Assembly (NCBI GenBank): GCA_963736005.1 | Contig: CAVTNB010000001.1 | Span: 320,001 to 384,000, forward strand | Reading direction: 5' to 3' | Source: an uncultured Pseudomonadota bacterium | GTDB taxonomy: Bacteria; Vulcanimicrobiota; Vulcanimicrobiia; Eremiobacterales; Eremiobacteraceae | DNA: 64,000 nucleotides | In this document: piece by piece, positions 17,347-28,065 of the stretch | Numbering within the stretch: position 1 is the first letter of the stretch | Layout of the letters: each line of letters starts with the position of its first letter | Notes under the pieces: generated by a model | Database searches by the model: none | Seen by the model: the letters and a program-made list of their open reading frames with translations, nothing else | What the model was told of the DNA's origin: nothing | Position numbers and translations under genes: made by a program

Positions 17347-17412
17347 AAAGTTGTGGCGGCCCGATCCGGTCGAACAAGTTCGACTTCGACAAGGCCGCCA
17401 CTTCCATTCACA

Positions 17413-17487
17413 CGCGCTCGGAGGGACTCGAACCCCCGACCTCCAGATTCGTAGTCTGGCATTCTAATCCAGCTGAACTACGAGCGC
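17413..17487 (-). tRNA. tRNA-Arg(ACG)
   Basis: Cloverleaf; anticodon arm CCAGA-CTACGAA-TCTGG. Confidence 0.95.
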
Positions 17488-17497
17488 ATCAACGTCG

Positions 17498-17593
17498 TGG
17501 CGGAGAGAGAGGGATTCGAACCCTCGATAGCGCCTTTACAGCACTATAACGGTTTAGCAAACCGCCGCTTTCAGCCAACTCAGCCATCTCTCC
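17498..17593 (-). tRNA. tRNA-Ser(GCT)
   Basis: Cloverleaf with long variable arm; CCA encoded. Confidence 0.95.
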
Positions 17594-17682
17594 CCACCTA
17601 CTCTTTTCGCGACCCAAAAAGCGAAATCCGTCCACGAATCATCGGACTCGCTGGGCACAGAGCTTACTGAATTCGGTCGAAG

Positions 17683-18858
17683 CTAATCGGCGTGGATCGC
17701 GTAGCGCCGGCGCTCGCAAAGCGTTTCGATCATTGCGGCCACGGACAGCGCGGAATCTGGATGCGCCAGGCTGCGGGCATTGCGCCTCATCCGGTCAAGC
17801 AACGAGGGCGAGCCCAGCAGTCGTTCGAGCGTCCGTGTGAGTTCCGGCGATCGGTCAACGCGAATTCCCACACCCCGTTCTTCAAGATAGCGCGTATTGC
17901 GTTCTTCCTGCCCGGGGAGGGGTCGCAGCATAATGATTGGCAGTTCGGTCACGAGCGCTTCAGAACTTGTGAGCCCACCCGGCTTGCTCACGAGAACGTC
18001 GGCTGCGCGCATGTAATCATACACGTTTTGGATGAAACCGGCGATCTTGACGCGATGGTGAAGATTTTGCGCTACCTCGCGCAGCCGTCGCTCCAGCGCC
18101 GGATTCTTGCCAACGACAACGACCGTTTGCACGGTTGCATTCAACTTGTCTATGGCGAGCAGCGCGTTTTCCAGCGGCCCAATACCCAAACCGCCTCCCA
18201 TGAGCAACACCGTTGTGGTTTCTGGATTGAGGCCAATGACTTGCCGGGCGCGGCGCTTGCTTGTTTCCATTGCGAACCTGGAGTCGATCGGGATGCCAGT
18301 GACGAGCACCCTATTTGGCGACACACCGCGAGAGACAAGCGTCTGTCGCATGGCGGCGGTTGCGACGGAATACCGGTCGATGTTGCGGTGGATCCAAAAG
18401 GGATGGACCACAAAATCGGTCACGACGCCAACAACGGAAGGGGCATCCTCAAATTCGCGCTTGTATTCGGCCATAACGCCACAGGGAAATGCATGCGTGC
18501 ACACCACGACGTCGGGTTGCAACTCGCTGACGAAGTTACGCAAGTTGAGTGCGGTGTAGCGATGTAGCCAGGTCTTGAATGCGGAAATTTTCGTGGCGCG
18601 TTCGGCTTGATCGTAGGCAAACTTGTAGAGTTGCGGCAATAATTTCACGATGCCAATATAACCGTTGCTCGCCACCCGATGAAACACGTTGGAAGCGTAT
18701 CGATAGGAATCGACAACTTCGCAGTGGGCGTCCGGCATCCGTTCGAGCAAGGCTGACGAAACCGCCTGCGCCGCCGCGGTGTGTCCTTCGCCGACACAGG
18801 CGGACAGAAACAGGACAGTCGGGGATGAAGCTCGCGCCCGAATTTGCGCCTTGCTCAC
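17683..18858 (-). CDS. UgtP/MGDG synthase-like diacylglycerol glycosyltransferase (GT28)
   Basis: GEGHTAAA, CTHAFP, VVTDF..HPFW, TGIPI, KPGGLTSSEAL, PGQEERN. Confidence 0.9.
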   Translation of the reverse strand: MSKAQIRARASSPTVLFLSACVGEGHTAAAQAVSSALLERMPDAHCEVVDSYRYASNVFHRVASNGYIGIVKLLPQLYKFAYDQAERATKISAFKTWLHRYTALNLRNFVSELQPDVVVCTHAFPCGVMAEYKREFEDAPSVVGVVTDFVVHPFWIHRNIDRYSVATAAMRQTLVSRGVSPNRVLVTGIPIDSRFAMETSKRRARQVIGLNPETTTVLLMGGGLGIGPLENALLAIDKLNATVQTVVVVGKNPALERRLREVAQNLHHRVKIAGFIQNVYDYMRAADVLVSKPGGLTSSEALVTELPIIMLRPLPGQEERNTRYLEERGVGIRVDRSPELTRTLERLLGSPSLLDRMRRNARSLAHPDSALSVAAMIETLCERRRYAIHAD

Positions 18859-18870
18859 CTCGAGAGCTAT

Positions 18871-19194
18871 TTAGCTATCCTCCTCGTCACTTGCACCTTG
18901 CGCTTGCTCCAAGAAATCCTCCAGGATTTCTTGCGCCAAGGTTTCATCTGATATCAGCGCGCCGCTGTCGTCCGTGACGATAAACTCATCTGCCGATTCA
19001 CAGTAGCAGACCGCGTACCGCAGCGCCGACGATGCATCTTCGACGATGCCCACAACTTCAAATTCTTGCTCGTCGCTCGGAGCCGCGGTTGCCGTCGCCG
19101 ACTTTCGCCCAACAATGATCGTGTCGCAAATCTCAACCTGTTGGGCATGCCTCGGGCGACCATTTGCCGTGTTGTGGAAGCGTTCGTGCTTCAT
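18871..19194 (-). CDS. Acidic hypothetical protein (DUF1292-like)
   Basis: EQEFEVVGIVED...YAV; position near ruvX/mltG as in Firmicutes. Confidence 0.55.
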   Translation of the reverse strand: MKHERFHNTANGRPRHAQQVEICDTIIVGRKSATATAAPSDEQEFEVVGIVEDASSALRYAVCYCESADEFIVTDDSGALISDETLAQEILEDFLEQAQGASDEEDS

Positions 19195-19223
19195 CGGCGC
19201 CTCTCTTCTACCTGGCCTTGCGA

Positions 19224-20204
19224 CTAGTGCAAATACTTGCGCTCTGCGGCCTGTTGTTCTTCCAAGGTCCGGGAAAACTGGTGCCGGCCGTGCCCTCGAT
19301 ACACGTAATAGAGATAGTCTACCTTAGCCGGGTGGAAGGCGGCAAGTAACGATTTCTTCCCAGGGTTGGCAATGGGTGTTGGCGGGAGACCCGTGTGCTT
19401 GTAGGTGTTGTATGGGCTTTCGATCGCTAAGTCGCCGAACGAAAGTGCTTGCTTGTGGTTTGGAAGGGCATATTCAATCGTCGCGTCGATTTCAAGAGGC
19501 ATGCCAAGTCGCAGGCGATTGTAAATCACGCCAGCGATCAGGCTGCGCTCAACGTCAACCTTGGCCTCCCGTTCGACCATCGACGCAATGGTCACAATTT
19601 GTGGAATGCTGAAGCCAAGCTTGTGCGCCAGTCCAACGGCGTTTGGTGGTAGATTGCGAAAGAACTCAGAGGTCATAAGCCCGGCTATTTGCTGCGCTGT
19701 CGCATGACGCGGCACGAGATACGTATCGGGATACAGATACCCTTCGAGTGAAGCGGTATGCCAGCGGTCGATCTTGAGGCTCGTCTCTCGTGAGACGAGC
19801 AAGAAAGACGGTGCAGCCTCAAGGCCGCGTTGGGCAAGGCGATTGGCGATTTGCGCTGCAGTGAAGCCTTCGGGCACCGTGATCCAAACCTGGGCAGGGC
19901 GGCCTCCCGCTGCAAGCACTGTTGCGACCTCAGGTATGGTGAGGTGCGCGGGAAAGGCGTACTCAGCTGCCTGAATCGTTTCGCTGAGGTTCTTGGCACG
20001 AAGGTAGAGCGCAAGAATCCGGGGCGACGAGATGACGCGAGCCTGGGCGAGTTCCTCGGCGATGTCGCTGACGCTCGCACCCGGTGCAACCTCAATCAAC
20101 ACTGGCGCTTCTGGCAACCTGCGGTCCCCGAACACAAGCCAAAGACCAAAGCCGACGGCGGCCACAAGGATAGCGGTAAGAACAAGTGTCGCAAAACGTT
20201 TCAT
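19224..20204 (-). CDS. mltG: Endolytic transglycosylase MltG
   Basis: LEGYLYPDTY, ASMVEREA, NRLRLGMPLEIDAT, SPYNTY..GLPPTPIANPG. Confidence 0.95.
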   Translation of the reverse strand: MKRFATLVLTAILVAAVGFGLWLVFGDRRLPEAPVLIEVAPGASVSDIAEELAQARVISSPRILALYLRAKNLSETIQAAEYAFPAHLTIPEVATVLAAGGRPAQVWITVPEGFTAAQIANRLAQRGLEAAPSFLLVSRETSLKIDRWHTASLEGYLYPDTYLVPRHATAQQIAGLMTSEFFRNLPPNAVGLAHKLGFSIPQIVTIASMVEREAKVDVERSLIAGVIYNRLRLGMPLEIDATIEYALPNHKQALSFGDLAIESPYNTYKHTGLPPTPIANPGKKSLLAAFHPAKVDYLYYVYRGHGRHQFSRTLEEQQAAERKYLH

Positions 20205-20205
20205 G

Positions 20206-20628
20206 CTACGTGCGCCCGCGATATGCAAGATACGAGCTCAAAATTTCAACCGCTGCAAGTTCGTCGACGTGACTTCGGCGCTTGCTGCCGGACAAATCGA
20301 GATCCCGTAGTTTTTTTGCAGCGGCCGCCGTGGTGAGTCGCTCGTCCTGGACGAACACTTGGCCGTGAAATTGCGCTCGCAATCCCTTGACGAATGCGTC
20401 AATCTTTTCTGCGGCTGGGCCAATGCTTCCGTCAAGACGGAGCGGATAGCCAACAACGATCGTATCAGCTCCGCGCTCGGTGGCCAGTCGTAGGACAGTT
20501 TCAAAATCGTGCGTCTTGCTGGTCCGCTTGATGGTTGTCAGCGGCATAGGGGGCAGACTCGGGTCCTCGCAAATGGCCACCCCAATGCGAACCGAACCTA
20601 CGTCAAGCGCCAGCGTCGCATTTCTCAC
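20206..20628 (-). CDS. ruvX: RuvX/YqgF pre-16S rRNA nuclease
   Basis: GTG overlapping the recO stop; LALDVGSVRIGVA, VVGYP, DERLTT, DELAAVEIL. Confidence 0.93.
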   Translation of the reverse strand: MRNATLALDVGSVRIGVAICEDPSLPPMPLTTIKRTSKTHDFETVLRLATERGADTIVVGYPLRLDGSIGPAAEKIDAFVKGLRAQFHGQVFVQDERLTTAAAAKKLRDLDLSGSKRRSHVDELAAVEILSSYLAYRGRT

Positions 20629-21437
20629 GTCGTGTGTGCCTTGGGTCTTGATCTTGTCACCGCCACGCCATGGACTTTCGAGCGGCGCCCCATTTGGTGC
20701 TCGACGAACGCGCGCGTGATCCGATGAAGCGCAACTGCGCGGGCGACTGAGTCGATTTTCCAATCGCCCCCTACAGACAATCTCAGTGGTGCGTCGCGCA
20801 GTTCCCGCAAGCGCGCGAAATCTGCAGCGCTGGTTGACAATAAATCAACCGACGATCCGGCCGACCCCTCTCGCACCGATCGAACGCATGCCTTGCAGAG
20901 TAAACCGCCCGCTTGCGGCGACAGCCACGCTCGTCCACCCGAGAGTGGGCGACGTCCGAGCACCGCACCACAACGTGCGCACGCGTCCAACTCAGGCGAG
21001 AATCCAAGTGCCGCGAGCATCTTCAGGTCCATGATAGCGAGCAGGGTCGTGATGTCTGACGTTTGCGCCAAAGCGATTTGAAAATCGCAGAGCGCTTCAT
21101 AAAGTTCCGGCACGGCCATGTCGAGCTCGCACAGGGCGTCAACCACTTCAGCCACGTAGGACGCCGCAGCGAAAGCGTCGGGATCGACCAACTGCTCCCA
21201 GATCGCTCGCACCGTTTCGGCCGAAGTGATGGTATCCAACGACTTTCCGGCGTGCAGCATGACGTTGACGCGCGTAAAGAAATCCAGTCTTCCGCCGAAC
21301 TTACTTCGCGGCCGCCGCGCGCCTCTGGCAACGGCGTCGATTTTACCTCGCTCGCGTGAGAAAAGAATTACGATGCGGTCGGCTTCGCCCAAAGGGCGCA
21401 AGCGAAGCACGACGGCTTCGGCGGAATACGATTTCAA
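20625..21437 (-). CDS. recO: DNA repair protein RecO
   Basis: AVVLR..LGEADRIV.LFSRERGK..AVARGARR; CxxC..CxxC. Confidence 0.93.
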   Translation of the reverse strand: MKSYSAEAVVLRLRPLGEADRIVILFSRERGKIDAVARGARRPRSKFGGRLDFFTRVNVMLHAGKSLDTITSAETVRAIWEQLVDPDAFAAASYVAEVVDALCELDMAVPELYEALCDFQIALAQTSDITTLLAIMDLKMLAALGFSPELDACARCGAVLGRRPLSGGRAWLSPQAGGLLCKACVRSVREGSAGSSVDLLSTSAADFARLRELRDAPLRLSVGGDWKIDSVARAVALHRITRAFVEHQMGRRSKVHGVAVTRSRPKAHTT

Positions 21438-21462
21438 AAGGATCGATAGATCCGATGCGGGC

Positions 21463-21912
21463 TTAGGCGGCGCCTACGGGCTCTCGCGAGGAGATCTTCC
21501 CTTTCTCAAAACTATCGCCGGTGAACGGCGATGACAAAAGTTCGGTCAAGGAAGTCATTGAGTACGCCCCATCTGGCCGGCAACGGATGATGAGCACTTT
21601 TGGTGAAAATTCGCTCAGCACTTGGCGGCAAGCCCCGCACGGCACGACCCCTTGGTCATCGACCCCGGCGACGGCGATCGCAACAACGCTTCGCGCTCCG
21701 GCGGCCGCAGCTGCACCCAACGCGACGCGCTCGGCGCACATCGACAAGCCAAGCGACGCATTTTCAACGTTCGCACCGGTAAAGATTCTGCCATCCCCCG
21801 TGAGTAACGCAGCACCAATATGAAACTGCGAGTAGGGGGCATAGGCGTTGAGGCGGGCCTCCCATGCTTTGTTGACCAGAGACTCGAGTTGCGCGTCATC
21901 TAGTCTTGGCAC
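21463..21912 (-). CDS. cdd: Cytidine deaminase
   Basis: AYAPYS.F.IGAA, GANVENAS, CAER, PCGACRQ. Confidence 0.93.
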   Translation of the reverse strand: MPRLDDAQLESLVNKAWEARLNAYAPYSQFHIGAALLTGDGRIFTGANVENASLGLSMCAERVALGAAAAAGARSVVAIAVAGVDDQGVVPCGACRQVLSEFSPKVLIIRCRPDGAYSMTSLTELLSSPFTGDSFEKGKISSREPVGAA

Positions 21913-21931
21913 AGATTTCCTCCCAGAGTGC

Positions 21932-23239
21932 TCAAGGTTGCGCCGGCTGTGGGGTGGCGAGACTCTCACCGGCTTCGTGTGGCATAGGCGAGTTCTTGAT
22001 GCGTACGGAGAGCAACCTTCTGCCGGCCGTCTTTTCCACAACCAAAATCACGCCGCCGTCGATAACCACCTGTTCGCCAGGCACCGGGACACGTCCGAAT
22101 AGGCCGAACGTGTAACCGCCGATGCTTTCAAAGTCCTCTGTCGGGAGGTGCAAGCCCAGCCGCTCGTTGACATCGTCAATGTTCATGCGGGCGTCAACGA
22201 TGAACTCGTTTTGTCCGGCGGGCGTGATTTCGGGCGGCCGTTCTTCCGCGTCATATTCGTCCATGATCTCGCCAACGATCTCTTCGAGCAGATCTTCCAT
22301 CGTGACGAGCCCGGCTGTCCCGCCATATTCGTCGACAACAATTGCAACCGACACATGTTCGGCCTGCATTTCGCGCAGCAACTCATCGATTTTCTTGTTT
22401 TCGGGAATTGCCTTGATTGGGCGCATGAGGGCGCGCAACGGCGTCTCCAACTCACCCCGCGATACGTACACAAGCAACTCGCGGTCGTGAACGACGCCCA
22501 CGACGTGATCGATGTTGCCTTCATAGACAGGGAGTTTTGAGTAGCCCTCACGCGCGACGATTTCAACCCCATTTTTGACCGGATCGCCGGCGCTCGTGCA
22601 AACCATGTCGGTGCGAGGCGTCATGACCTCTCGTGCAAAGGTATCGCCAAACTCGAAGATGGAGTGGATCATCTCCTTTTCCTCTTCCTCGAGTACGCCT
22701 TGCTTTTCGCCGACGTTGACAAGCGTTCGGATGTCGTCCTCAGTGACGTATGGACCTGCGCGGTTTGGATCGCCGCCGAAGAGTCGGATGAGCCACGAGG
22801 TGAGCGAAATGATCGTCCAAGTGATCGGACGCAAGATCACGTACATGACGTGGACGAAGCCTGCAAAACGGCCAGCCCACTTGGCCGCATCCTGCACGAC
22901 GACCATCTTCGGGACGATCTCCGCCGCAACCAAGAGCACGACGGTCATGACAACCATGGCAGTCAGGACCGGTCGCCAAACGCCGGCCTCGATGGCCGCC
23001 CATGTTGCTAACGACTGCGCGGTGAGCAACACGATGGTGTTGCCCACAAGGATCGTTGTTAGATAGCTGTTGCGCTCGTCGAGGAGCCGAACGAGTTGTC
23101 CGCTCTTGCCATTTTGGTCTCGCTGCAAAATGCGCAGTCGGCTGAGCGCCAAGAGGGACGCTTCCGAGGCGGCAAAGAGCCCGGCCAGGACGACCAAGCA
23201 CGCAATGCCGACGAGCGCCACAGTTACAGGTGGGTGCAT
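21932..23239 (-). CDS. HlyC/CorC (CNNM) family transporter
   Basis: DUF21 TM region, CBS pair (EVMTPR, VVDEYGGTAG), CorC domain. Confidence 0.92.
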   Translation of the reverse strand: MHPPVTVALVGIACLVVLAGLFAASEASLLALSRLRILQRDQNGKSGQLVRLLDERNSYLTTILVGNTIVLLTAQSLATWAAIEAGVWRPVLTAMVVMTVVLLVAAEIVPKMVVVQDAAKWAGRFAGFVHVMYVILRPITWTIISLTSWLIRLFGGDPNRAGPYVTEDDIRTLVNVGEKQGVLEEEEKEMIHSIFEFGDTFAREVMTPRTDMVCTSAGDPVKNGVEIVAREGYSKLPVYEGNIDHVVGVVHDRELLVYVSRGELETPLRALMRPIKAIPENKKIDELLREMQAEHVSVAIVVDEYGGTAGLVTMEDLLEEIVGEIMDEYDAEERPPEITPAGQNEFIVDARMNIDDVNERLGLHLPTEDFESIGGYTFGLFGRVPVPGEQVVIDGGVILVVEKTAGRRLLSVRIKNSPMPHEAGESLATPQPAQP

Positions 23240-23296
23240 GAGTGCGTATTCAACGCCAGTACTTGTTCGCGCAGCGCGACCTTTTTTCCACCTGCT

Positions 23297-23671
23297 TTAC
23301 CCGCTTTGCCGAAACAAGTGGGCGAGCGCTTGTCCATAGACAACAGCACCGACAATTGCCGCCGCTATGCTCGCGACCAGCACAGCGGCCGCGCCAGCGT
23401 GTTTGGCGGACCGGGCGAGCGGGTGCGTCTCCGGCTGAATAAGGTCAACGACGTGTTCTAAGCAGGTATTGAAAAGCTCCGCGGCGAGCACGAAGGCGAT
23501 CATGATGATGACGAGGAGCCAGGTATGCGTGTCGAAGTGCAGCACAGCAGCTCCCGTAATCGCAATGGCTGCAATGACGAGCTGGATGCGAAAATTCGGC
23601 TGATGCACGACCGCATGGGCAATGCCATCCGCCGCATCGGCGAAAGCTGCCAAGAACGGACGATTAGGCAC
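23297..23671 (-). CDS. dgkA: Diacylglycerol/undecaprenol kinase family
   Basis: NFRIQL, AELFNTCLEHVVD, AKHAGAAAVL. Confidence 0.88.
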   Translation of the reverse strand: MPNRPFLAAFADAADGIAHAVVHQPNFRIQLVIAAIAITGAAVLHFDTHTWLLVIIMIAFVLAAELFNTCLEHVVDLIQPETHPLARSAKHAGAAAVLVASIAAAIVGAVVYGQALAHLFRQSG

Positions 23672-24113
23672 CGGCGGAAAGTTCGCGCAACAGACGGCGT
23701 GCGACCAAATGCATGCGCGCAGCCTCTTTGCGCTCGCGATGGTCGTACCCGCACAAATGCAGTGCCCCATGCACCGCGAGGCGGGCGATCTCATCGGCGA
23801 GCGACGCTCCGTATTCGCGCGCCTGGCGGCGAGCTGTTTCGTGCGATATCAGGATGTCACCGAAAGGTTCCCCCTCGCGCCCACCATCGCTGAGCGGAAA
23901 CGAAAGAACGTCAGTTGGGGTATCGAGACCCCGGTAGCGAAGATTCAAGCGGCGAATCGTTCGATCGTTTGTGATCACGACGCTCACGTCACCCCGCACG
24001 CGCGGAGAGACTCGCGCGAGCACGTACCCCACGATGTGGCACAATGCGCCCGGCCGAACGCCGCGCATTTTCGGAGACCGCACGAAGACCACTGGACCGG
24101 CAACGTCCTTCAC
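23664..24113 (-). CDS. ybeY: rRNA maturation endoribonuclease YbeY
   Basis: LN.RYRG.D.PTDVLSF, GDILIS, HGALHLCGYDH. Confidence 0.93.
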   Translation of the reverse strand: MKDVAGPVVFVRSPKMRGVRPGALCHIVGYVLARVSPRVRGDVSVVITNDRTIRRLNLRYRGLDTPTDVLSFPLSDGGREGEPFGDILISHETARRQAREYGASLADEIARLAVHGALHLCGYDHRERKEAARMHLVARRLLRELSAGA

Positions 24114-24673
24114 CAACCCGCTGGTGTATGCCCGATCGTTCTTAGGGCCGCACATGGACCAATGACTGCCGCCGCAATGAAAAGATCCGCGCCCGTAAAC
24201 TTGCCCTGCAGAATTGGCAGCGGCGGGGCGGGCGGCGCGACGTATGAGACCGGGCCAGCGAGCTGCGTTAGGGCGGGCAAAGCTGGCATGTCGTTAAACT
24301 CGAAACTGGGTAAGACATACAGCGCCGGGGCCACGCTTGGGGCGACTTTCCAGTCGCCCCCTACAGGGGCTGCGGGAGCTACAGGAGTTGCGGGGACGGT
24401 GATTGGCGGTTTCACCTGCCTCGTAGCAGCGCTGAGCGCGCGCTGCAGCCGAGCTCGCTGCGCCGCTCTGGTTGCCGCGAGATCGGCGCTGGATTTACGC
24501 ATCGCCTCGTCGAGCTGCGCAGCTGGTGGCGTCGCGGCTTGCTTGTCTTGCTGCGCGCGGGCTCGTTTGAAGAACGTCGAGACGACATTCACAACGATAA
24601 TCAAGATGACGAAGAGCCCAATGGGATCGATCGCCGCTTGCGGCCTTCCCATCAGGCCCACCGCAAGAATCAT
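24110..24673 (-). CDS. Hypothetical membrane-anchored protein (YqfB position)
   Basis: TM then Ala/Pro-rich region; coupled to floA. Confidence 0.6.
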   Translation of the reverse strand: MILAVGLMGRPQAAIDPIGLFVILIIVVNVVSTFFKRARAQQDKQAATPPAAQLDEAMRKSSADLAATRAAQRARLQRALSAATRQVKPPITVPATPVAPAAPVGGDWKVAPSVAPALYVLPSFEFNDMPALPALTQLAGPVSYVAPPAPPLPILQGKFTGADLFIAAAVIGPCAALRTIGHTPAGW

Positions 24674-25689
24674 TGCGGTGGAGTCGGCGGCGTTGGTGGC
24701 GGCATTGCCGATGGCGGACCGCCACCGGACTGTCCGGCGATCGCGCTCCGCATGTTCGTGTCGGACAAGACGTTCTGCATGCGATAGTAATCCATGACGC
24801 CGAGATGCCCGCTCCGGAAAGCCTCGGCCATCGCAGCCGGTACCAAGGCTTCGGCTTCGACCACCTTCGCGCGCATCGCTTGCGTCTGGGCCTTCATTTC
24901 TTGCTCTTGAGCCATAGCGGCGTACTGGCGCTCGGCCGCTTTGGCCTGCGCTACGCGTCGGTCAGCTTCCGCTTGGGCCGTTTGTAGGTCAGCGCCAACA
25001 TTGCGCCCGACGTCGACATCGGCGATGTCGATCGAAACAATTTCGAACGCGGTGCCGGCGTCGAGTCCCTTGGCGAGCACGGTCTTGCTGATGTGATCCG
25101 GGTTTTCCAATACTTCTTTGTACGTCGTATCGCTGCCGATGGCGGCAACTACGCCTTCACCAACGCGTGCTATGACGGTTGCCTCTCCCGCGCCGCCCAC
25201 GTAGCGGTCGATTGCCGCCCGTACGGTGACGCGCGCCTTGACGTTGAGCTGAATGCCATCCTTGGCAACGCCTTGGAAGGTTGGGGTTTCGATGACCTTC
25301 GGATTCACGGACATTTGGACCGCCTCTTGCGGATTGCGCCCTGCGAGATCGATAGCGCACGCGGCTTCCCACGTCAATGGTATCTGTGCTCGTTGGGCCG
25401 AGATGAGTGAGAGCGTCACCACATCAATGTGCCCGCCCGCAAGATACTGCGATTGCATCTGATCGACGCTGACTTTCAAGCCTGCCTTGACCGCCATCAC
25501 GAGCGCATCGACGATCACGCCGGGTGGCACGCGCATGAGGCGCATTCGGACCAGGCTGAAGATCCCGAGGTGCACGCCCGCGGCCTGCGCGCGGATCCAC
25601 TGCCCAAATGGGAAGTAGTAGAGGAACATAAAAAAGAGGATGATCGCTGCAAACGCAACGATGATCACGACAAACGAGCCAAATTCCAC
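24670..25689 (-). CDS. floA: Flotillin-like protein FloA (YqfA)
   Basis: [48 protein letters not shown]. Confidence 0.95.
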   Translation of the reverse strand: MEFGSFVVIIVAFAAIILFFMFLYYFPFGQWIRAQAAGVHLGIFSLVRMRLMRVPPGVIVDALVMAVKAGLKVSVDQMQSQYLAGGHIDVVTLSLISAQRAQIPLTWEAACAIDLAGRNPQEAVQMSVNPKVIETPTFQGVAKDGIQLNVKARVTVRAAIDRYVGGAGEATVIARVGEGVVAAIGSDTTYKEVLENPDHISKTVLAKGLDAGTAFEIVSIDIADVDVGRNVGADLQTAQAEADRRVAQAKAAERQYAAMAQEQEMKAQTQAMRAKVVEAEALVPAAMAEAFRSGHLGVMDYYRMQNVLSDTNMRSAIAGQSGGGPPSAMPPPTPPTPPQ

Positions 25690-25700
25690 GACGTGCTCCT

Positions 25701-26993
25701 TTAAGCCCGGGTGACGATGACTTTGCCGCCTTCAACGCGTTTGACGCGAAGGCGAGTTTGTGCCGGGATGAAATCTCCATCCGTCTGCACTTGGTAGCGA
25801 TTGCCGTTAATGATCGCCACTCCAGCAGGGCGCAAATATGTTTGCGCCACGCCTTCAGCGCCCATGAGCCCGGTCAGTGGTTTCGTTGCGATGTACCCTT
25901 CAGTCACTGACTGTGCGCCCGCAAACGCCAAGCGTCGCAAGAATGCGCTCTCCGGCAGCCAGCGCAAAATGAGAAAGAAAATTACAACTGACGCGATCAG
26001 CGAAAGAGCTGTGGAGACGACGCCCACATAAAAGGCCCCGAAAGCGAGCACGATGCTCGTTAAGATAAGCAACGCACCCACGAGCCCCGAGATACCGTGT
26101 CCGGGCAACACGTGCAGTTCAAAGAGCAGCGCGAGCACGCCCAGCCCAAAAAGTGCAAGCACCGTCCAGTTCGAGAAGCCGGCGACGATATGCGCGCCAA
26201 AGAAGAGGGCGAGCGCCGCGACTCCGATGATGCCAGCAACGAGATGCAGCGTCTGCATTTCAATGAGCAAGCCCAAGAAGCCAATGGTGAGCAAAAGACC
26301 AGAAACAAGCGGGTCGGCGGCAAACTGCGCGATGCGCTCGCCCAGGGTCTGCTCGGCGACGTGCAACCGCGGTTGATGGAAACCGGCCAGCGCCAGTGCG
26401 TCCACTTCGTTGTCAGCCATCCCGTCCACGAAGTGATACTTTTGCGCCTCCGCCGGTGAAAGTGAGAGGATCTGTCCTTTTTTCTTCAGCCCCGCAATGA
26501 CGACGTCGGGGTCGGTCATCCCGGCGGCGAGGTTCGTGTTGCGATGGTGCGCTTCTGCTAAGGAAACGAACTCCGCATGCAGCGCGGAGATGGTCTTTGC
26601 GGTCGAGGGAATCGGTTCTGCGGCGCCGATGCTGGAGCCGGGAGCCATATAGATCTTGTCGCACGCGAGCGCGATGAGCGCGCCCGCGGACCAAGCTCGT
26701 TCCTTGACGTAGGCAATCGTGGGGATACCGGCTGAGGCAAGCGCGTCGCGGATGTCGTTCGCGTCGTCGACAACGCCGCCGTTCGTCGCCAAAACAACGA
26801 GGATCGCGCTCGCGCCGGTTTCTTGCGCTTGGGTGACCGCGCTTGCGACGCGATGCGCCATGCCCGCATCGATCGTATCGTCGATGTTGATGACTTGAAC
26901 GAGCGGATTCGTTGCGACAGCGGCCCGCACGAAGGTTGCGCACGAAAGTCCGGCCGCAAAGAGTAAGGAAAAGGCCAAGACTCGGAGTTTCAT
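25701..26993 (-). CDS. nfeD: NfeD-family membrane protein with ClpP-like domain (YqeZ)
   Basis: [27 protein letters not shown] block, OB-fold LRPAG. Confidence 0.9.
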   Translation of the reverse strand: MKLRVLAFSLLFAAGLSCATFVRAAVATNPLVQVINIDDTIDAGMAHRVASAVTQAQETGASAILVVLATNGGVVDDANDIRDALASAGIPTIAYVKERAWSAGALIALACDKIYMAPGSSIGAAEPIPSTAKTISALHAEFVSLAEAHHRNTNLAAGMTDPDVVIAGLKKKGQILSLSPAEAQKYHFVDGMADNEVDALALAGFHQPRLHVAEQTLGERIAQFAADPLVSGLLLTIGFLGLLIEMQTLHLVAGIIGVAALALFFGAHIVAGFSNWTVLALFGLGVLALLFELHVLPGHGISGLVGALLILTSIVLAFGAFYVGVVSTALSLIASVVIFFLILRWLPESAFLRRLAFAGAQSVTEGYIATKPLTGLMGAEGVAQTYLRPAGVAIINGNRYQVQTDGDFIPAQTRLRVKRVEGGKVIVTRA

Positions 26994-26996
26994 TTA

Positions 26997-27440
26997 TTAC
27001 TTCTTTTCCAGGAAGCTACGGACTGCTTCTTGGATGGCCTTGCCGTTTGCTTTATCTTTCAGCTCCGCCATGGCAGCTTTCATCGCTGCCCCGAACTGTG
27101 GGTTCGGTCCCAGAGGGGCTACAGCGGCTTTGACCCCTTCCAGAAGTTGCGCTGGTTCGAGTTCTTTGGGTAAATAGCCGGAAAGGATCTCGCGCTCCCT
27201 GGCTTCTTTGGCTGCTAAATCCTCGCGCTTGCCGCGTTTGAACTCCGAAATGGAGTCGTCGCGCTGTTTGACCTGCTTGCGCATGACATCGAGTTGCTCT
27301 TCGTCCGTGAGCTCGCCGTTGTGCTCGATACGACGGTAATTCATGGCGGAAATAGCCATGCGGAGTGTTCCTACACGCTCCGCGTCGCGAGCTTTCATCG
27401 CAGTCTTGAGGTCAGCCGTTAGCCTCTCGAGAATGCTCAG
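26997..27440 (-). CDS. yqeY: GatB/YqeY domain protein
   Basis: [43 protein letters not shown]; probable CTG start. Confidence 0.9.
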   Translation of the reverse strand: MSILERLTADLKTAMKARDAERVGTLRMAISAMNYRRIEHNGELTDEEQLDVMRKQVKQRDDSISEFKRGKREDLAAKEAREREILSGYLPKELEPAQLLEGVKAAVAPLGPNPQFGAAMKAAMAELKDKANGKAIQEAVRSFLEKK

Positions 27441-27607
27441 GAGCGTCGTTTGCGCGCGGCGGCGCTCTTCTTCTTCCGGCGAACGCTCGGCTTCTCGTAG
27501 TGTTCGTGGCGCCGCGCCTCGGCGAGCACGCCTGATTTCTGGCACATCTTCTTAAAACGCTTGAGGGCGCTCTCAATAGATTCGTTGGCTCCAACCCGAG
27601 TTTCCAT
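27437..27607 (-). CDS. rpsU: 30S ribosomal protein bS21 (56 aa)
   Basis: Below ORF cutoff; [56 protein letters not shown]. Confidence 0.96.
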   Translation of the reverse strand: METRVGANESIESALKRFKKMCQKSGVLAEARRHEHYEKPSVRRKKKSAAARKRRS

Positions 27608-27712
27608 ACTTGCGACACCCCCTTTGCGTGAAACGGAGCGGTCGGCGTGCGCCGACCGTCTTTTTGTTCGATTGCTCGCTTCGACGAGACCGGTTTAGGG
27701 TCCGCTCGTTGC

Positions 27713-28063
27713 CTAACCCGGAGGCCACGCGAAATGGCGTCCCGACAGCAGATGCAGGTGGAGATGGTACACAGTTTGTCCCGCGGAGGCGCCGTTATTT
27801 ATGGCTATCCGGAATCCAGCATCGGGGCCGAATTTCTCGCGGGCAATTGTTGCCGCGACGTGAAGCAGCCGGCCAAGCAAGGCCTCATCGGCTTGCGTGT
27901 GGGCGTCGAGCAGCGTGGGAAAATGCGCCTTGGGAACGACTAAGATGTGCCCGGGCGCGATCGGCCGGATGTCATTGAACGCCGCGATGGTATCGTCTTC
28001 GTAGACCAGCGGCACACCTGCCTTGCCAGACGCGATGTCGCAAAAAATGCAGGTTTCGGCCAA
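27713..28063 (-). CDS. Histidine triad nucleotide-binding protein (HinT-like)
   Basis: CIFC, AFNDIRP.AP.H.LVVPK, GQTVYHLHLHLL.GR. Confidence 0.93.
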   Translation of the reverse strand: MAETCIFCDIASGKAGVPLVYEDDTIAAFNDIRPIAPGHILVVPKAHFPTLLDAHTQADEALLGRLLHVAATIAREKFGPDAGFRIAINNGASAGQTVYHLHLHLLSGRHFAWPPG

Positions 28064-28065
28064 CG

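Noticed and set aside
23622..24797. Long antisense ORFs (also 31389-32477, 17692-18567, 43884-44756)
   Set aside because: Opposite well-supported genes, no motifs; expected in high-GC DNA
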